Shown here one piece after another: positions 1 through 12,160 of a stretch of 64,000 nt of DNA. Under the pieces are notes generated by a model that saw nothing but the letters and a program-made list of their open reading frames with translations, was not told the origin of the DNA and did not search any database. Within the stretch, counting starts at the first letter, position 1. The number at the start of each line of letters is the position of its first letter. Location: NCBI RefSeq assembly GCF_006345805.1, contig NC_043010.1, positions 27,404,001 through 27,468,000 on the forward strand, given 5' to 3'. Source of the stretch: Octopus sinensis. Taxonomy: Eukaryota. A program made the position numbers and the translations under genes.

Positions 1-338
1 AAAATGCCGGAACGAACCAGCAATGACCACGAATAATTCACAAGCAGTATGTAGGAGGATGAAGGTAAACGACATGATTGTAAAAAGGGCCCCCTTGAGA
101 GGATACATTTAATCCAGAAACCGAATGTGGGAGGATAAAGAAAAACGATGTGATTTTAAAAGAAAGTCCTTCTGAGAAAGATCATAAATCATTTTGTTTA
201 AAAGTTGGGAATGAAAGGAAGATTTTTAATCGAAAAGACAGCATCGTGAAAGTTACCTCTGGATGAACTACGATAGAAAAGCTTACATATAAAATAAGAT
301 TGGAACTTTTACCAAAGTGCTGGGAATGTGAAAGTGCT

Positions 339-430
339 TGGCGTAGTAGTTAAGGTTTTCAGCACACGATCTGAAGATGGTTAGTTCAATTCCTGAAACT
401 TGCGGTGCCGTCGTGTTCTTCAGCCAGATT
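339..430 (+). mobile_element. Degenerate tRNA-derived SINE head
   Basis: A-box-like TGGCGTAGTAGTTAAG and B-box-like GGTTAGTTCAATTCC at tRNA-like spacing. Confidence 0.5.
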
Positions 431-770
431 TTCATTACTTTAACCCAAATTCCGGAAATGGATCTTCCGTTTCACTCTTAGAAAACTGCTTCTTTGTCGT
501 AGGAAGAATTCCAATACTTAAAAAGAAACATGTAAAAATAGCCTGTTGATATTGTCAAAATTCCAATGAAAGGGCCTTGGAGCTAGGTTAGAAACCGGCT
601 TTTTCTCGATTGGGAAGACATCTTGAAATGAAACTGAATAATGACATACATACATTCATACGTACGTACACATCTACGTACATGCACACATTTATACATG
701 TAAAAATATACAGATGTATACACACGTACATACCAGTGAAACAAACCACCTAATAATGGTTTCAAATTTT

Positions 771-1436
771 GGCACAAGGCCAGCAATTTCAGTGGAGGGG
801 AGGAATCGATTACATCGACCCCAATATTCGACTGGTACTTATTCTATCGACATCGAAAGGATGAACTGCAAAGTCGACCTCGGCCGCATTTGATCTCAGA
901 ACATAAAGAGGAATAAATGCCGCTAAGCAATTTTCCCAGTATGCTAACGAATCTGCCAGCTCGCCGCCTCATCACATCAGATAATAATCCTCTCTAGTAA
1001 GGGTACATGGCCTGATATTTTTGTGCAGAGGGGACTAAGTGATTACATCGACCCCAGTGTTTCACTGGTACTTAATTTATCGACCCCGAAAGGATGAAAG
1101 GTAAAGTCAACCTCGGTGGAATTTGAACCCAGAACGTGTGGACAGACGAAATGCTGTCAAGCATTTCGCTCGACGTGCTAACGCTTCTGCCAGCTCGCCA
1201 CCTTTTCACACCAGATGATAATCTTTTCTACAATAGGCACAAGGGCAGAAATTTGGAGGGCGGGGATAAGTCGATTATATCGACCCCAGTACTCGACTGG
1301 TACTTATTTTATCGACCCTGAAAGGATGAAAGGTAAAGTCGACCTCGGCGGAATTTGAACTCATAACGTAGCGGCAGACGAAATGCCGCTAAGCATTTCG
1401 CCCGGCGTGCTAACGATTCTGCCAGCTCGATGCCTT
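771..1436 (-). mobile_element. Three tandem copies of a tRNA-derived SINE with Nin/Deu-type core
   Basis: Units at ~771-969, ~1001-1204 and ~1236-1436. The minus strand reads AAGGCGGCGAGCTGGCAGAA..GTTCAAATTCC..GCCTTTCATCCTTTCGGGGTCGATAAA..AGTACCAG, the Nin-domain-like motif. Confidence 0.8.
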
Positions 1437-1924
1437 ATCACACCATCACAGTAACAGAAACCAACGACGTGAAAGCCTTGAACATCTTATTGAAATCTCA
1501 CAATTTTTATGTATGACTGCCATGTGTCTTTTTTTATTCCTTTATATGGCAAGAACCACATTTCGCTCTGTTGTTGTGTTTAGATAGTTAACACATGCAA
1601 TACATATAAAATATATATATCAAATACGTCATTTTTAAAAGGTCCTAATTGCAAATGGGAATACAGTTGATGTGTTTCTGTTTTTATTTTGTTTTCTATG
1701 TGTGTGCGGATTTTATTGTATTTCTTGTTGTAAACAATGAAAAATTGTTAAAACAGAAATATGGAAACTGACATTTCTCTTTTTTTAAATGTTTTTTTTT
1801 TTTGTTTTGTTTTGGTTTACGATTATGTGTAAATGAAATTTTTGGTTTTGTCGTTCTTTCTGTGATTGATGTGACTGTGTTAAGAACGCGCACGCGTGCG
1901 TTTTTTGTGCGGCCATGTTTAAAC

Positions 1925-2458
1925 ATGTATTGTGTGGATTAATATAACAACGAATGTATGAATGTGTATGCGTGTGTGTGTGTGTGTCTCATATGAGTGT
2001 GGAGTATATAAGAATGTGCATGGTGTGTGTGTATGTATGTGAGTGCATGTGAGAGTGTGTGGTTTGTGCAAAAAGTTTGTGTGTATATTTATGTGCGTGT
2101 TTATGTGTTGTGTGACACTGAGTGGGAATATATATCTAGCTTTGAGTATGTGCTCTGTGTGTGTATGAATGAGTGTGTAATACGTATAAGAATGCGTTTG
2201 TGGGTATGTGCTTGTATTTGTGTGGTGTAGTAAAATGTATACATACATATATATATATGTATGCACACACACACACACACACACATATATTTATACATAT
2301 ATGTATGTGTATATCTCTGAGTGTTTGTATGTGAGTGGTGTGCATAAGGATGTGTGTGCGTCTATATGCGTTATGGGATCATGTGAGAACGTACATTTGT
2401 CTATGTGTGTGTAGCGTGTATCTGTATGAATGTGTGGTGTGACGTACGTGAGAATTTC

Positions 2459-2497
<39 letters not shown>

Positions 2498-2690
2498 ACA
2501 TACGTTTGAGTATGCAATTATTTGCGTATGTTCAATGGGGACAATCTCTCATAACGTCTCTGTAACCATGCATAAATGACGAAGTACATGCACCGCACTA
2601 CACACACATACCCACGCACACACTCATGCACACACACACACACACACACAACACACACACACACACACATACACACACACACACATTATA
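1925..2690. repeat. Compound (TG)n/(CA)n/(TA)n microsatellite tract
   Basis: Directly visible. Explains the VCVC/HTHT/IYIY ORFs. Confidence 0.9.
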
Positions 2691-2959
2691 TTTGTGGGGG
2701 ATCACTATACGAAAAAGTAGATTGGATTGTATTTTACGTCGCTAACTTGTTACTAAATCATGTTACATAGAGTTTCAGCGTTTTGTAAATTAAAATTGAT
2801 TGATGTTACTTAGTCGTTTACCTGCCGCTTGCCATAAATTCTGTGGTCGCCCAAGGACAGATGCCTAAACCGTGTTAAAGTAAAAAAAAACAATAGAGAA
2901 AAGGAAATAGTCCAAAAATATATATATATTTGTATATATATATATATATATATATACAC

Positions 2960-5940
2960 AAAGCTGGAACTACCACCACATAAGGCCACCACCAAAAGAT
3001 GCAGGATGGCCACCACAGACACCAACACACACACCGCAAAAATATTTCTACTGAACGTAGGGGCGCTGCTGCGCGGCAACTGTAAAAGCAAAATCTCATT
3101 CCTGAGAGACCTTGTGACATGCAATCAAGCTATATGCATGGCACTCATAGAAACGCATCTTGGACCCGATATAGGGGATGCAGAAATACACATACCTCAA
3201 TATGTTGTCATACGCTCAGATAGAAAAGGGAGGAGCCATGGTGGAGTTGCAATGTACATCCGAGATGACCTCACGCCCCAGGTCCTGTTGTCATATTCAA
3301 ACTCAGTGTGTGACACTCAAATTGTACACATAAGACAACTGAATATCATCATATGTACTACATATCGCCCACCGGATGCCCCAAATCACACAGGCACGTT
3401 TAAAGACTGCCTAACAAAAATAGGAGAAGTTCTCACCAACCTTGAACAACACAACAGTGTATTCTTCATGGGTGACTTTAACTTCCCCAATGTGGAATGG
3501 CCTGGGGGGGGCAGATGCTCCCAGGAATGACACACCATCAGCAGGCACAGGCAGAGTCCCTGCTCCATCTCACAAATGCCTCTTTCATGGAGCAAATAGT
3601 ACTGCAACCAACTAGGGCAAATAATATACTGGATCTCTGCTTCACAAACAATATGGATATTATCCATAATGTTAAAGTGATGCCGACAATGATCTCGGAT
3701 CACAACATAATAGAGCTGTCTATGTATGGATCAAAAGACCCCTGCAGACACACAGCCTATACGAAGCATCCACAATCTCTCCAAATTAAACTTTCATAAA
3801 GCAAATTGGAAGTTGATTGAAAAAGAGATCCTCAAACAGGATTGGCCTAAATGTCTCTCCACACCAGACATTGACATGAAACACAAAAGCTTCATGTCCA
3901 TAATACAAGCCATATGTGACAAATATGTCCCAGTGTGCAGGGCCAGCACACGCAAAAACAAAAACAGGATCCCTAGAGAAAGGAAGATTCTTATGAGACG
4001 ACGAACAAGGATTGCGAACCGCCTGAGCAAGCACATCAAAAGTGGTGAGAAGTCTCGACTCGAGAGAATGCTAATAGAAATTGAGAAAAGTCTGCATCAG
4101 TCTCATGAAAAGGAGAGAGCAGATAAAGAAGCTTGGGTAATAGAAAATATAAAGTCAAATCCAAAAGCTTTCTTTAAGTTTGCCAAAGAGACAGCCACAG
4201 TGCACCAGAGAATAGGACCTCTCTTCCAAAAAGATGGCTCTCTCACAGGAAATCCAACGAGGATAAGTGAAATACTGAATGAACAGTTCCAAAGTGTGTT
4301 CACTACACCTCTAGGACACAGGCAAGTAAACAACCCTGAAGAATTCTTTGCCACTTTACCTGCGGCCAAATAGGCAAAAATTGAGTACATCAACATTGAA
4401 GATGATGATATTACACTCGCCATAGATGAGATTCACATAAACTCAGCTGCTGGACCTGATGGATTTCCAGCGATCCTTCTCAAATCGTGCAAACGAGCAC
4501 TTGCAAAACCGCTACAGCTTCTTTTTCAGAGCTTTCGTGCAAGTGGTAAGCTCCCAGTCAAATTGAAAGAGGGGGGAATATGCCCTATCCATAAGGGAGG
4601 AAGCAGAGCAGACGCTAAAAATTATAGGCCTATCTCTCTGACCTCACACATCAGCAAAGTTATTTTCTTCCTTGAAGAAAATGACTTGCTGACTGACACC
4701 CAGCATGGATTTCGACAAGGTAGAAGCTGCCTAACACAGCTCCTGCAACACTATGACTGGGTGTTAAAACAGCTACTAAATGGCTCAAATGTGGATGTGA
4801 TATATATCGATTTTGTAAAAGCCTTTGATAAAGTCGACCATGGTATGATTTGTCACAAACAGCGTGGTCTCGGCATAGGCGGAAAACTTGAAGAGTGGCT
4901 GCACAACTTCCTAAAAGATAGAAGGCAGGCAGTTGTGACCAATGGAGCCACCTCCAAGGAAACACAAATAACAAGCGGTGTTCCACAGGGAACCGTCTTG
5001 GGGCCACTGCTGTTCATAGTGGTCCTTTCAGACATGCCCTCAGTTGCTAAGATGGCCACCCTTGCTAGTTATGCAGAGGACACAAAAGTTTCCCACACAA
5101 TACAAAACCCTGGAAATATTGCACATCTGCAACAAGAAGAATTGTAATCCCTGAGTCAAAATCAGTGCGTGACCTGGGCATTGACATGAGCAATGATGCA
5201 TCTTTCCAAGTGCATATTACTAATTTGGTGATAAAATGCAGACGGCTAGCTGGATGGATTCTCCGAACTTTCAGAACAAGAGAGAAGGAGACACTGATGG
5301 TCCTGTGGAAAACTTTCGTCCTCAGCCGCTTGGACTACTGCTTCCAACTATGGTCACCACACAATATAAAACTAACAGCAGAACTCGAAGCAATTCAAAG
5401 AAGCTACACAAAGAAGATCGTCTCAATGCAAAATATCAGCTACTGGGAAAGACTGAAAGCATTAAACCTCTTCTCCCTAGAGCGAAGGCAGGAGAGATAT
5501 GCAGTGATATACATCTGGAAAATCCTGGAGGGTCTAGTCCCAAACTTTGGCATTCAAAGTTACCCCAACCGCAGAACGGGGCGCCACTGCATGGTGTCAA
5601 AGATTTCAACATCACCATCAAAATACAGGACCAGATACTGCAACAGCTTGGGTTTCAGAGGACCACAGTTCTTTAACATCCTCCCTAAATGCCTGAGAGA
5701 CTTGCATGGTGTGGATGTGGGTTTCTTTAAAACTAAACTGGATCTCTTCTTGTCGGGGGTCCCAGATGAACCTACCTCACGACAGGAGACACAGATGCGG
5801 GCAGCGGCATCGAACTCCCTTGTTGACCAAGTGCCACGTATCAGAGGTGGATTCACATACTAGTGTAGCTCATTCAGCGGTGGTCCCCCAGCATGGCCGC
5901 AGCCTTCGGGCTGAAACATTTTATAGGATTTTAAGGATTT
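2960..5940 (+). mobile_element. CR1-clade LINE, 5'-truncated, disrupted ORF2 (APE endonuclease + RT)
   Basis: ORFs 3006-3530 (LNVGAL, ETHL, SDR..GGVAMYIRD, MGDFNFP), 3497-3799 (ILDLCFTN, SDHN), 4563-5147 (YRPISLTS, DFVKAFDKVDH, GVPQGTVLGPLLF) and 5165-5863 (DLGI, LSRLDYC..WSP, YWERLK.LNLFSLERR). Stops, frameshifts and two internal deletions. 3' tail CCAGCATGGCCGCAG..CTGAAAC. Confidence 0.93.
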
Positions 5941-5942
5941 AT

Positions 5943-6003
<61 letters not shown>

Positions 6004-6438
6004 GGGTTGATGCTACTGTAGCTTGTAGCCTTAGGAGGACATCTCCAGCTGGCTATTGACACACTTTCTGTGCCCTATCAGTATTCACAAAGGGAAGCCA
6101 TCCTTCGCGTCTTCGACCTATGATACACACGGACTCGAGTTTCCGGGTATTGACCCGTCATCAGCGTGTGACAATCAATGGTTGTCGATATCGGTGACTT
6201 TTCGTCACTGGAAAAAGGATATATATTTGCAAAGTGAGGCCTACTTTTCATCGGCAATCAGTGATTGTCACACGCTAGTGACGGGTCAATACCCAGAAAC
6301 TCGAGTCCGTGTGTATCATAGGTTGAAGACGGGAAGGATGGTTTTCCTTTGCAAATATTGATAGGGCACAGAAAGTGTGTTAACAGCCAGCTGGAGGAAG
6401 AGTCCTTCTGGAGCTACAAGCTACAGTAGCATCCACCC
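6004..6438. mobile_element. MITE / foldback element with ~180-bp terminal inverted repeats (PIF/Harbinger-like ends)
   Basis: GGGTTGATGCTACTGTAGCTTGTAGC...GCTACAAGCTACAGTAGCATCCACCC. Arms match over ~180 nt. Flanks are ATA and TTA (TWA-like TSD). Confidence 0.8.
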
Positions 6439-6464
6439 TTAGGGGTTAGCCACATTTAAGAGGC

Positions 6465-6466
6465 AA

Positions 6467-6504
<38 letters not shown>

Positions 6505-6614
6505 CTGTGTGTATATATATATGTATGTATATGTATATATATGTATGTATATGTATATATAGGTATGTATATATATATGTATTATGTATGTATATATATG
6601 TATATAGATATATG

Positions 6615-6686
<72 letters not shown>

Positions 6687-7415
6687 TGCATGTATATATG
6701 GATATATATGTATATATATGTATATATCAATAATACTGATGATTTCATGTCAGGAACAAAAAATTAATAGGACTGCTATAGAAGTGCTCTATTGAAAGAG
6801 ACAAATATATCAAACTAAGGTTATAGAACAAACATATATATTACTTTACGTTATTTTTACTTTCTAGGTGTTGTAATTTTTTTTAAAAAAGATGTATTTT
6901 TCTGAATCGCTAAAGGATTAACACTAAACCGTGAAGAACTTTTTTCTCGCACCTTATATGCTTATATGCTTGTACAGATGAATTATGTTCCATCTTGAGG
7001 GATGTTTATAGGTATATTCTATGATTAAATGTTCGAATTATGAAATGTTATGCGGATGACCTTGCATTTGTTTGTTCTATAACCTTATTTTGATATATAT
7101 GTATAAATATATGTATATGTATATATATATATATATGCATATATATATATGTATATATGTAATATATGTATTATATATGTATATATGTATATATATGTAT
7201 ATAATGTATATATGTATATAATGTATATATAATATATATGTGTATACATGTATATATATATATATGTATTATATGATATATGTATAATGTATATATATGT
7301 ACATATATGTGTATATATATGTATATATGTGTATATATGTGTATACTTATATATATAACATATATAATATATTATATATATATATATATACTATATATAT
7401 ATATATATATAAAGT
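6465..7415. repeat. Degenerate (TA)n/(TATG)n microsatellite tracts
   Basis: Directly visible at 6465-6730 and 7090-7415. Confidence 0.9.
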
Positions 7416-7526
7416 TAATCCAAACATGAAAACACAAAGAGAAAACACAACAACGCGAGGACATGGGACAAATATAGTATTATTGGACGCTCATATATGT
7501 ATATATATTTATGTGTGTGTGTATGT

Positions 7527-9360
7527 AAGCCATATGCCAGAAATATGTCCCGGAGCACAAGGCCAAAACAAATAGTAGCAAGATTCCAAGAGATAGTAAT
7601 ATCCTCATGAGACGACGGACGAAGGTTGCAAATCGACTGAACCAACATCCCAAAAGCAGCGAAACGTTCTGCCTAAAAACAACACTGATAGAGATCGAAA
7701 AAAGGCTGCAACATTCCTATGTGAGGGAGAAAGCAGACAAAGAAGCCTGGGTTATAAAAAAACATTAAATCAAACCCAAAGGCCTTCATTCATTACGCGA
7801 AAGAAACAGCCTCAGTGCACTACAAGATAGGAACCCTTCTCCAAAAGGATGGCTCCCTCACAGACAGTCCAACTAAGATCAGTGAGATACTGAATGACCA
7901 GTTCAAAAGTGTCTTTACCACCCCGTTGTAACACAGACAAGTGAACGAACCAGTGGGCCCCTTTGCCGCCTCACCTATAACCAGCGAGGCAGTTACAATT
8001 GAATACATTGACATTAGCGAAGAAGATGTACTGCTAGCCATAGATGAAGTGGACACAAACTCAACTGCTGGTCCTGATGGTTTCCCAGCAATCCCCCTCA
8101 AGTCGTGTAAACATGCCCTGGCAAAAACCCTCAAGATTCTTTTCCAGAGCTTTCTTACAAACTGCCAAGCAAGCTGAAGGAGGGAATAATATGCCCAATA
8201 CATGTGTGGTTACATGACTTCCTGAAAGATAGGAGTCAGGCAGTAGTGGCTAATGGAGCCACCTCTATGAACACACAAATAGTGAGTGGTGTTCCACAAG
8301 GCACTGTCTTGGGACCACTGCTTTTTATAGTGGCCCTCTCAGATATGCCCTCAAATGTCCGGATAGCCACTCTGGCAAGCTATGCAGATGATACGAAAGT
8401 CTCACAGAAAATACAGAACCCCAGCGATGTTGCACACCTGCAGCAGAATTTGGACTCAATTTACAGATGGGCTGCGGATAATAATATGCAGTTTAATGCT
8501 GAAAAATTCCAGGCCCTGCACTACCAGCATCCAAAACTGAATATTAAACCTACAGGGTACACCGGTCCACAGGGAATTTCAATCCCAGAGCCTAAGTCAG
8601 TGAGGGACCTGGGTATCGACATGAGTGATGATATCTCTTTCCAAGTGCACATTACCAGGATGGCGACAAAGTGCAGACGACTGGCTGGATGGATCCTAAG
8701 AACATTCAAAACCAGAGATAAGGAAACCATGATGGTCCTCTGGCGGACATTCGTCCTCAGCCGCCTGAATTACTGCTCACAGCTATGATCACCCACCAGT
8801 GTAAAATTAACAGCGGACCTTGAAGCAATCCAGAGAAGATTCACAAAGAAGATCGTCTCTTTGCAACAGCTCAGCTACTGGGAAAGGTTGAAACAGCTAA
8901 GACTCTACTCCCTGGAGAGAAGACGGGAGAGCTATGCAGTAATATATATCTGGAAGATCCTGGAAGGAATTGTGCCAAATTTTGGCATTGAAAGCTACAC
9001 CAATGCCAGAACGGACGACACTGCATGGTGCCAAAGATCCCAGCAATGCCATCACGCTTCAGGACCAGCTACTGCAACAGCCTGGGTTTCAAGGGCCCAC
9101 AGCTTTTTAATATTCTCCCAAAGAGTCTGAGGAACTTGCACAAAGTAGATGTAGGGGGTTTTAAATCAAAACTCGACCTCTTCCGATCGAGAGTCCCAGA
9201 TGAGCCTACCTCACGCAAGAAGTGCAACTGAGGGTAGCTATATCAAACTCCATTCTTCATCAAGTGCAACATATTAGAGGAAGCTCTTAGTAATAACAGG
9301 GTAGCGCAAAACGGCGGTGCATCAGCATGGCCGCAGTTCTGCGCTGAAACTTTAAAAAAA
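7527..9360 (+). mobile_element. CR1-clade LINE, second subfamily, internally deleted
   Basis: ORFs 7941-8177 (STAGPDGFPA), 8204-8788 (SGVPQGTVLGPLLF, YADDTK, DLGID) and 8861-9231. The RT N-terminal half is deleted at ~8200. Same 3' CAGCATGGCCGCAG..GCTGAAAC tail. Confidence 0.9.
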
Positions 9361-9405
9361 ATACTTGTATATATACATATATATATTTTTTATTTATATA
9401 TATAT

Positions 9406-9443
<38 letters not shown>

Positions 9444-9522
9444 TATATATATAATATATAATATATATATATATATTATATATATATATAAAATATATAT
9501 ATTACATATATATATATATATT

Positions 9523-9558
<36 letters not shown>

Positions 9559-9646
9559 ATGTATATATGTATATATATATATTTATATATATATATATGT
9601 ATATATATATATAAGTATACATATTTATATATGTATATATGTATAT

Positions 9647-11640
9647 AAATTCCTTTAAAATATTTTAGCCTGAAGGCCGCGGCCATGCTGGGGCACCACC
9701 GCTGAATGTGCTACACCAATATGGGAAACCACCTCTGATACGTAGCACTTGGTCAACAAGGGAGTTCGATGCCGCTGCCCGCATCTGTGTCTCCTGTCGT
9801 GAGGTAGGTTCATCTGGGACCCCCGACAAGAAGAGATCCAGTTTAGTTTTAAAGAAACCCACATCCACGCCATGCAAGTCTCTCAGACATTTAGGGAGGA
9901 TGTTAAAGAGCTGTGGTCCTCTGAAACCCAAGCTGTTGCAGTATGTGGTCATGTATTTTGATGCTGATGTTGAAATCTTTGGCACCATGCAGTGGCGCCC
10001 CGTTCTGCAGTTGGGGTAACTTTGAATGCCAAAGTTTGGGACTAGACCCTCCAGGGTTTTCCAGATGTATATCATCGCATATCTCTCCCGCCTTCGCTCT
10101 AGGGAGAAGAGGTTTAATACTTTCAGTCTTTCTCAGTAGCTGATATTTTGCATTGAGACGATCTTCTTAGTGTAGCTTCTTTGAATTGCTTCGAGTTCTG
10201 CTGTTAGTTTTATATTGTGTGGTGACCATAGTTGGGAGCAGTAGTCCAAGCGGCTGAGGACGAAAGTTTTCCACAGGACCATCAGTGTCTCCTCTCTTGT
10301 TCTGAAAGTTCGGAGAATCCATCCAGCTAGCCGTCTGCATTTTATCACCAAATTAGTGATATGCACTTGGAAAGATGCATCATTGCCCATGTCAATGCCC
10401 AGGTCACGCACTGATTTTGACTCAGGGATTGCAATTCTTCCCGGGCCAGTGTATCCAGTCTGCATGTCGTTTACCTTTGTGTGCCGGTAGCGCAGGGCCT
10501 GGAACTTACCTGCATTAAACTGCATGTTGTTGTCCTCAGCCCACCTGTATATTGTATCCAACTCCTGTTGCAGATGTGCAATATTTCCAGGGTTTTGTAT
10601 TGTGTGGGAGACTTTTGTTTCATCTGCATAGCTAGCAAGAGTGGCCATCTTAGCAACTGAGGGCATGTCTGAAAGGGCCAATATGAACAGCAGTGGCCCC
10701 AAGACAGTGCCCTGTGGAACATCGCTTGCTATTTGTGTTTCCTTGGAGGTGGCTCCATTGGTCACAACTGCCTGTCTTCTATCTTTTAGGAAGTTGTGCA
10801 GCCACTTTCCGAATTTTCCGCCTATGCCGAGACCACGCTGTTTGTGACAAATCATACCATGGTCGACTTTATCAAAGGCTTTTGCAAAGTCGAGATATAT
10901 CACATCCACATTTGAGCCATTTAGTAGCTGTTTTAACACCCAGTCATAGTGTTGCAGGAGCTGTGTTAGGCAATTTCTACCTTGTCGAAATCCATGCTGG
11001 GTGTCAGTCAGCAAGTCATTTTCTTCAAGGAACATGATTAGTTTCTTGCGGACTATTCGTTCCATGATTTTGCTGATGTGTGAGGTCAGAGAGATAGGCC
11101 TATAATTTTTAGCCTCTGCTCTGCTTCCTCCCTTATGGATAGGGCATATTACACCCTCTTTCAATTTGACTAGGAGCTAACCACTTGCATGAAAGCTCTG
11201 AAAAAGAAGCTGTAGCGGTTTTGCAAGTGCTCATTTGCACGATTTGAGAAGGATCGCTGGAAATCCATCAGGTCCAGCAGCTGAGTTTGTGTCAATCTCA
11301 TCTATGGCGAGTGTGATATCATCATCTTCAATGTTGATGTACTCAATTTTTGCCTATTTGGCCGCAGGTAAAGTGGCAAAGAATTCTTCAGGGTTGTTTA
11401 CTTGCCTGTGTCCTAGAAGTGTAGTGAACACACTCTGGAACTGTTCATTCAGTATTTCACTTATACTCGTGAGATTTCCTGTGAGAGAGCCATCTTTTTG
11501 GAAGAGAGGTCCTATTCTCTGGTGCACCGTGGCTGTCTCTTTGGCAAACTTCAAGAAAGCTTTAGGGTTTGACTTTATATTTTCTATTACCCAAGCTTCT
11601 TTATCTGCCCTCTCCTTTTCATGAGACTGATGAGACTGAT
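9647..11640 (-). mobile_element. CR1-clade LINE, 5'-truncated, same subfamily as 2960-5940
   Basis: ORF 10133-11164 (343 aa) carries the full RT motif set (YRPISLTS, DFAKAFDKVDH, VPQGTVLGPLLF, YADETK). Near-identical to copy 1. The 5' junction has a 9-nt duplication ATCAGTCTC. Confidence 0.93.
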
Positions 11641-11664
11641 ATATATATATTTATATATATATAT

Positions 11665-12095
11665 AAACTTACTTGGAGAACAGAAAAGAAACGAAACGAC
11701 GCGAGAGCGCTCAGTCATGCAATAAATTAATAAATAAAATACATGCATACATACATATATGTACGTACCTACATCCACATGTATATATACATGCATATAT
11801 AAATATATATATGTGAGTACAGGACACCAGAAATAGACGTAGAACTCGACGAGAAACGAAAACGTAAAAACAAACTTGGAAACGGACTTTTTTTTAAACA
11901 ACGAAAAAACAGAGTACAAGACAGACAATACAAGGAAAATTTCCCTTCATCAGCTGTCCCTAGTTCGACTCCATGCGTGTTTCGAAGGTAAGGACAGAAC
12001 ACGACTCGTCGAACTAGCCCTTCCTGCGAAAGAATTAAATAAAATTCCTTTGCAGAGGGGTAAAAAGAAGGAAAGAAAAAAATTTATTTCCCCTT
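11665..12095 (-). repeat. Solo non-coding repeat, probable Penelope-like terminal repeat, carrying a permuted hammerhead
   Basis: Non-coding unit between TA microsatellites that contains the HHR motif below. The Penelope assignment is inferred from the known PLE-HHR association. Confidence 0.5.
11941..12060 (-). ncRNA. Non-circularly permuted hammerhead ribozyme candidate
   Basis: Intact CUGAUGA (11953-11947) and GAAA (11983-11980). Stem I CUGUCC/GGACAG, stem II GAAGG/CCUUC, stem III ACACG/CGUGU, GUU triplet, extra 10-bp stem CUAGUUCGAC/GUCGAACUAG. Confidence 0.75.
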
Positions 12096-12096
12096 A

Positions 12097-12158
<62 letters not shown>

Positions 12159-12160
<2 letters not shown>

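Noticed and set aside
771-1436. Regularly spaced repeats that might suggest a CRISPR array
   Set aside because: Units are ~200-bp SINEs in eukaryotic DNA, with no short repeat/unique spacer structure and no cas genes.
583-2770. Many 60-160 aa ORFs rich in YI/VC/HT/LSIY (here and throughout, e.g. 6446-7575, 12783-14437, 42574-44229, 59071-62182)
   Set aside because: Translations of TA, TG, CATA and ATCT microsatellites. Not genes.
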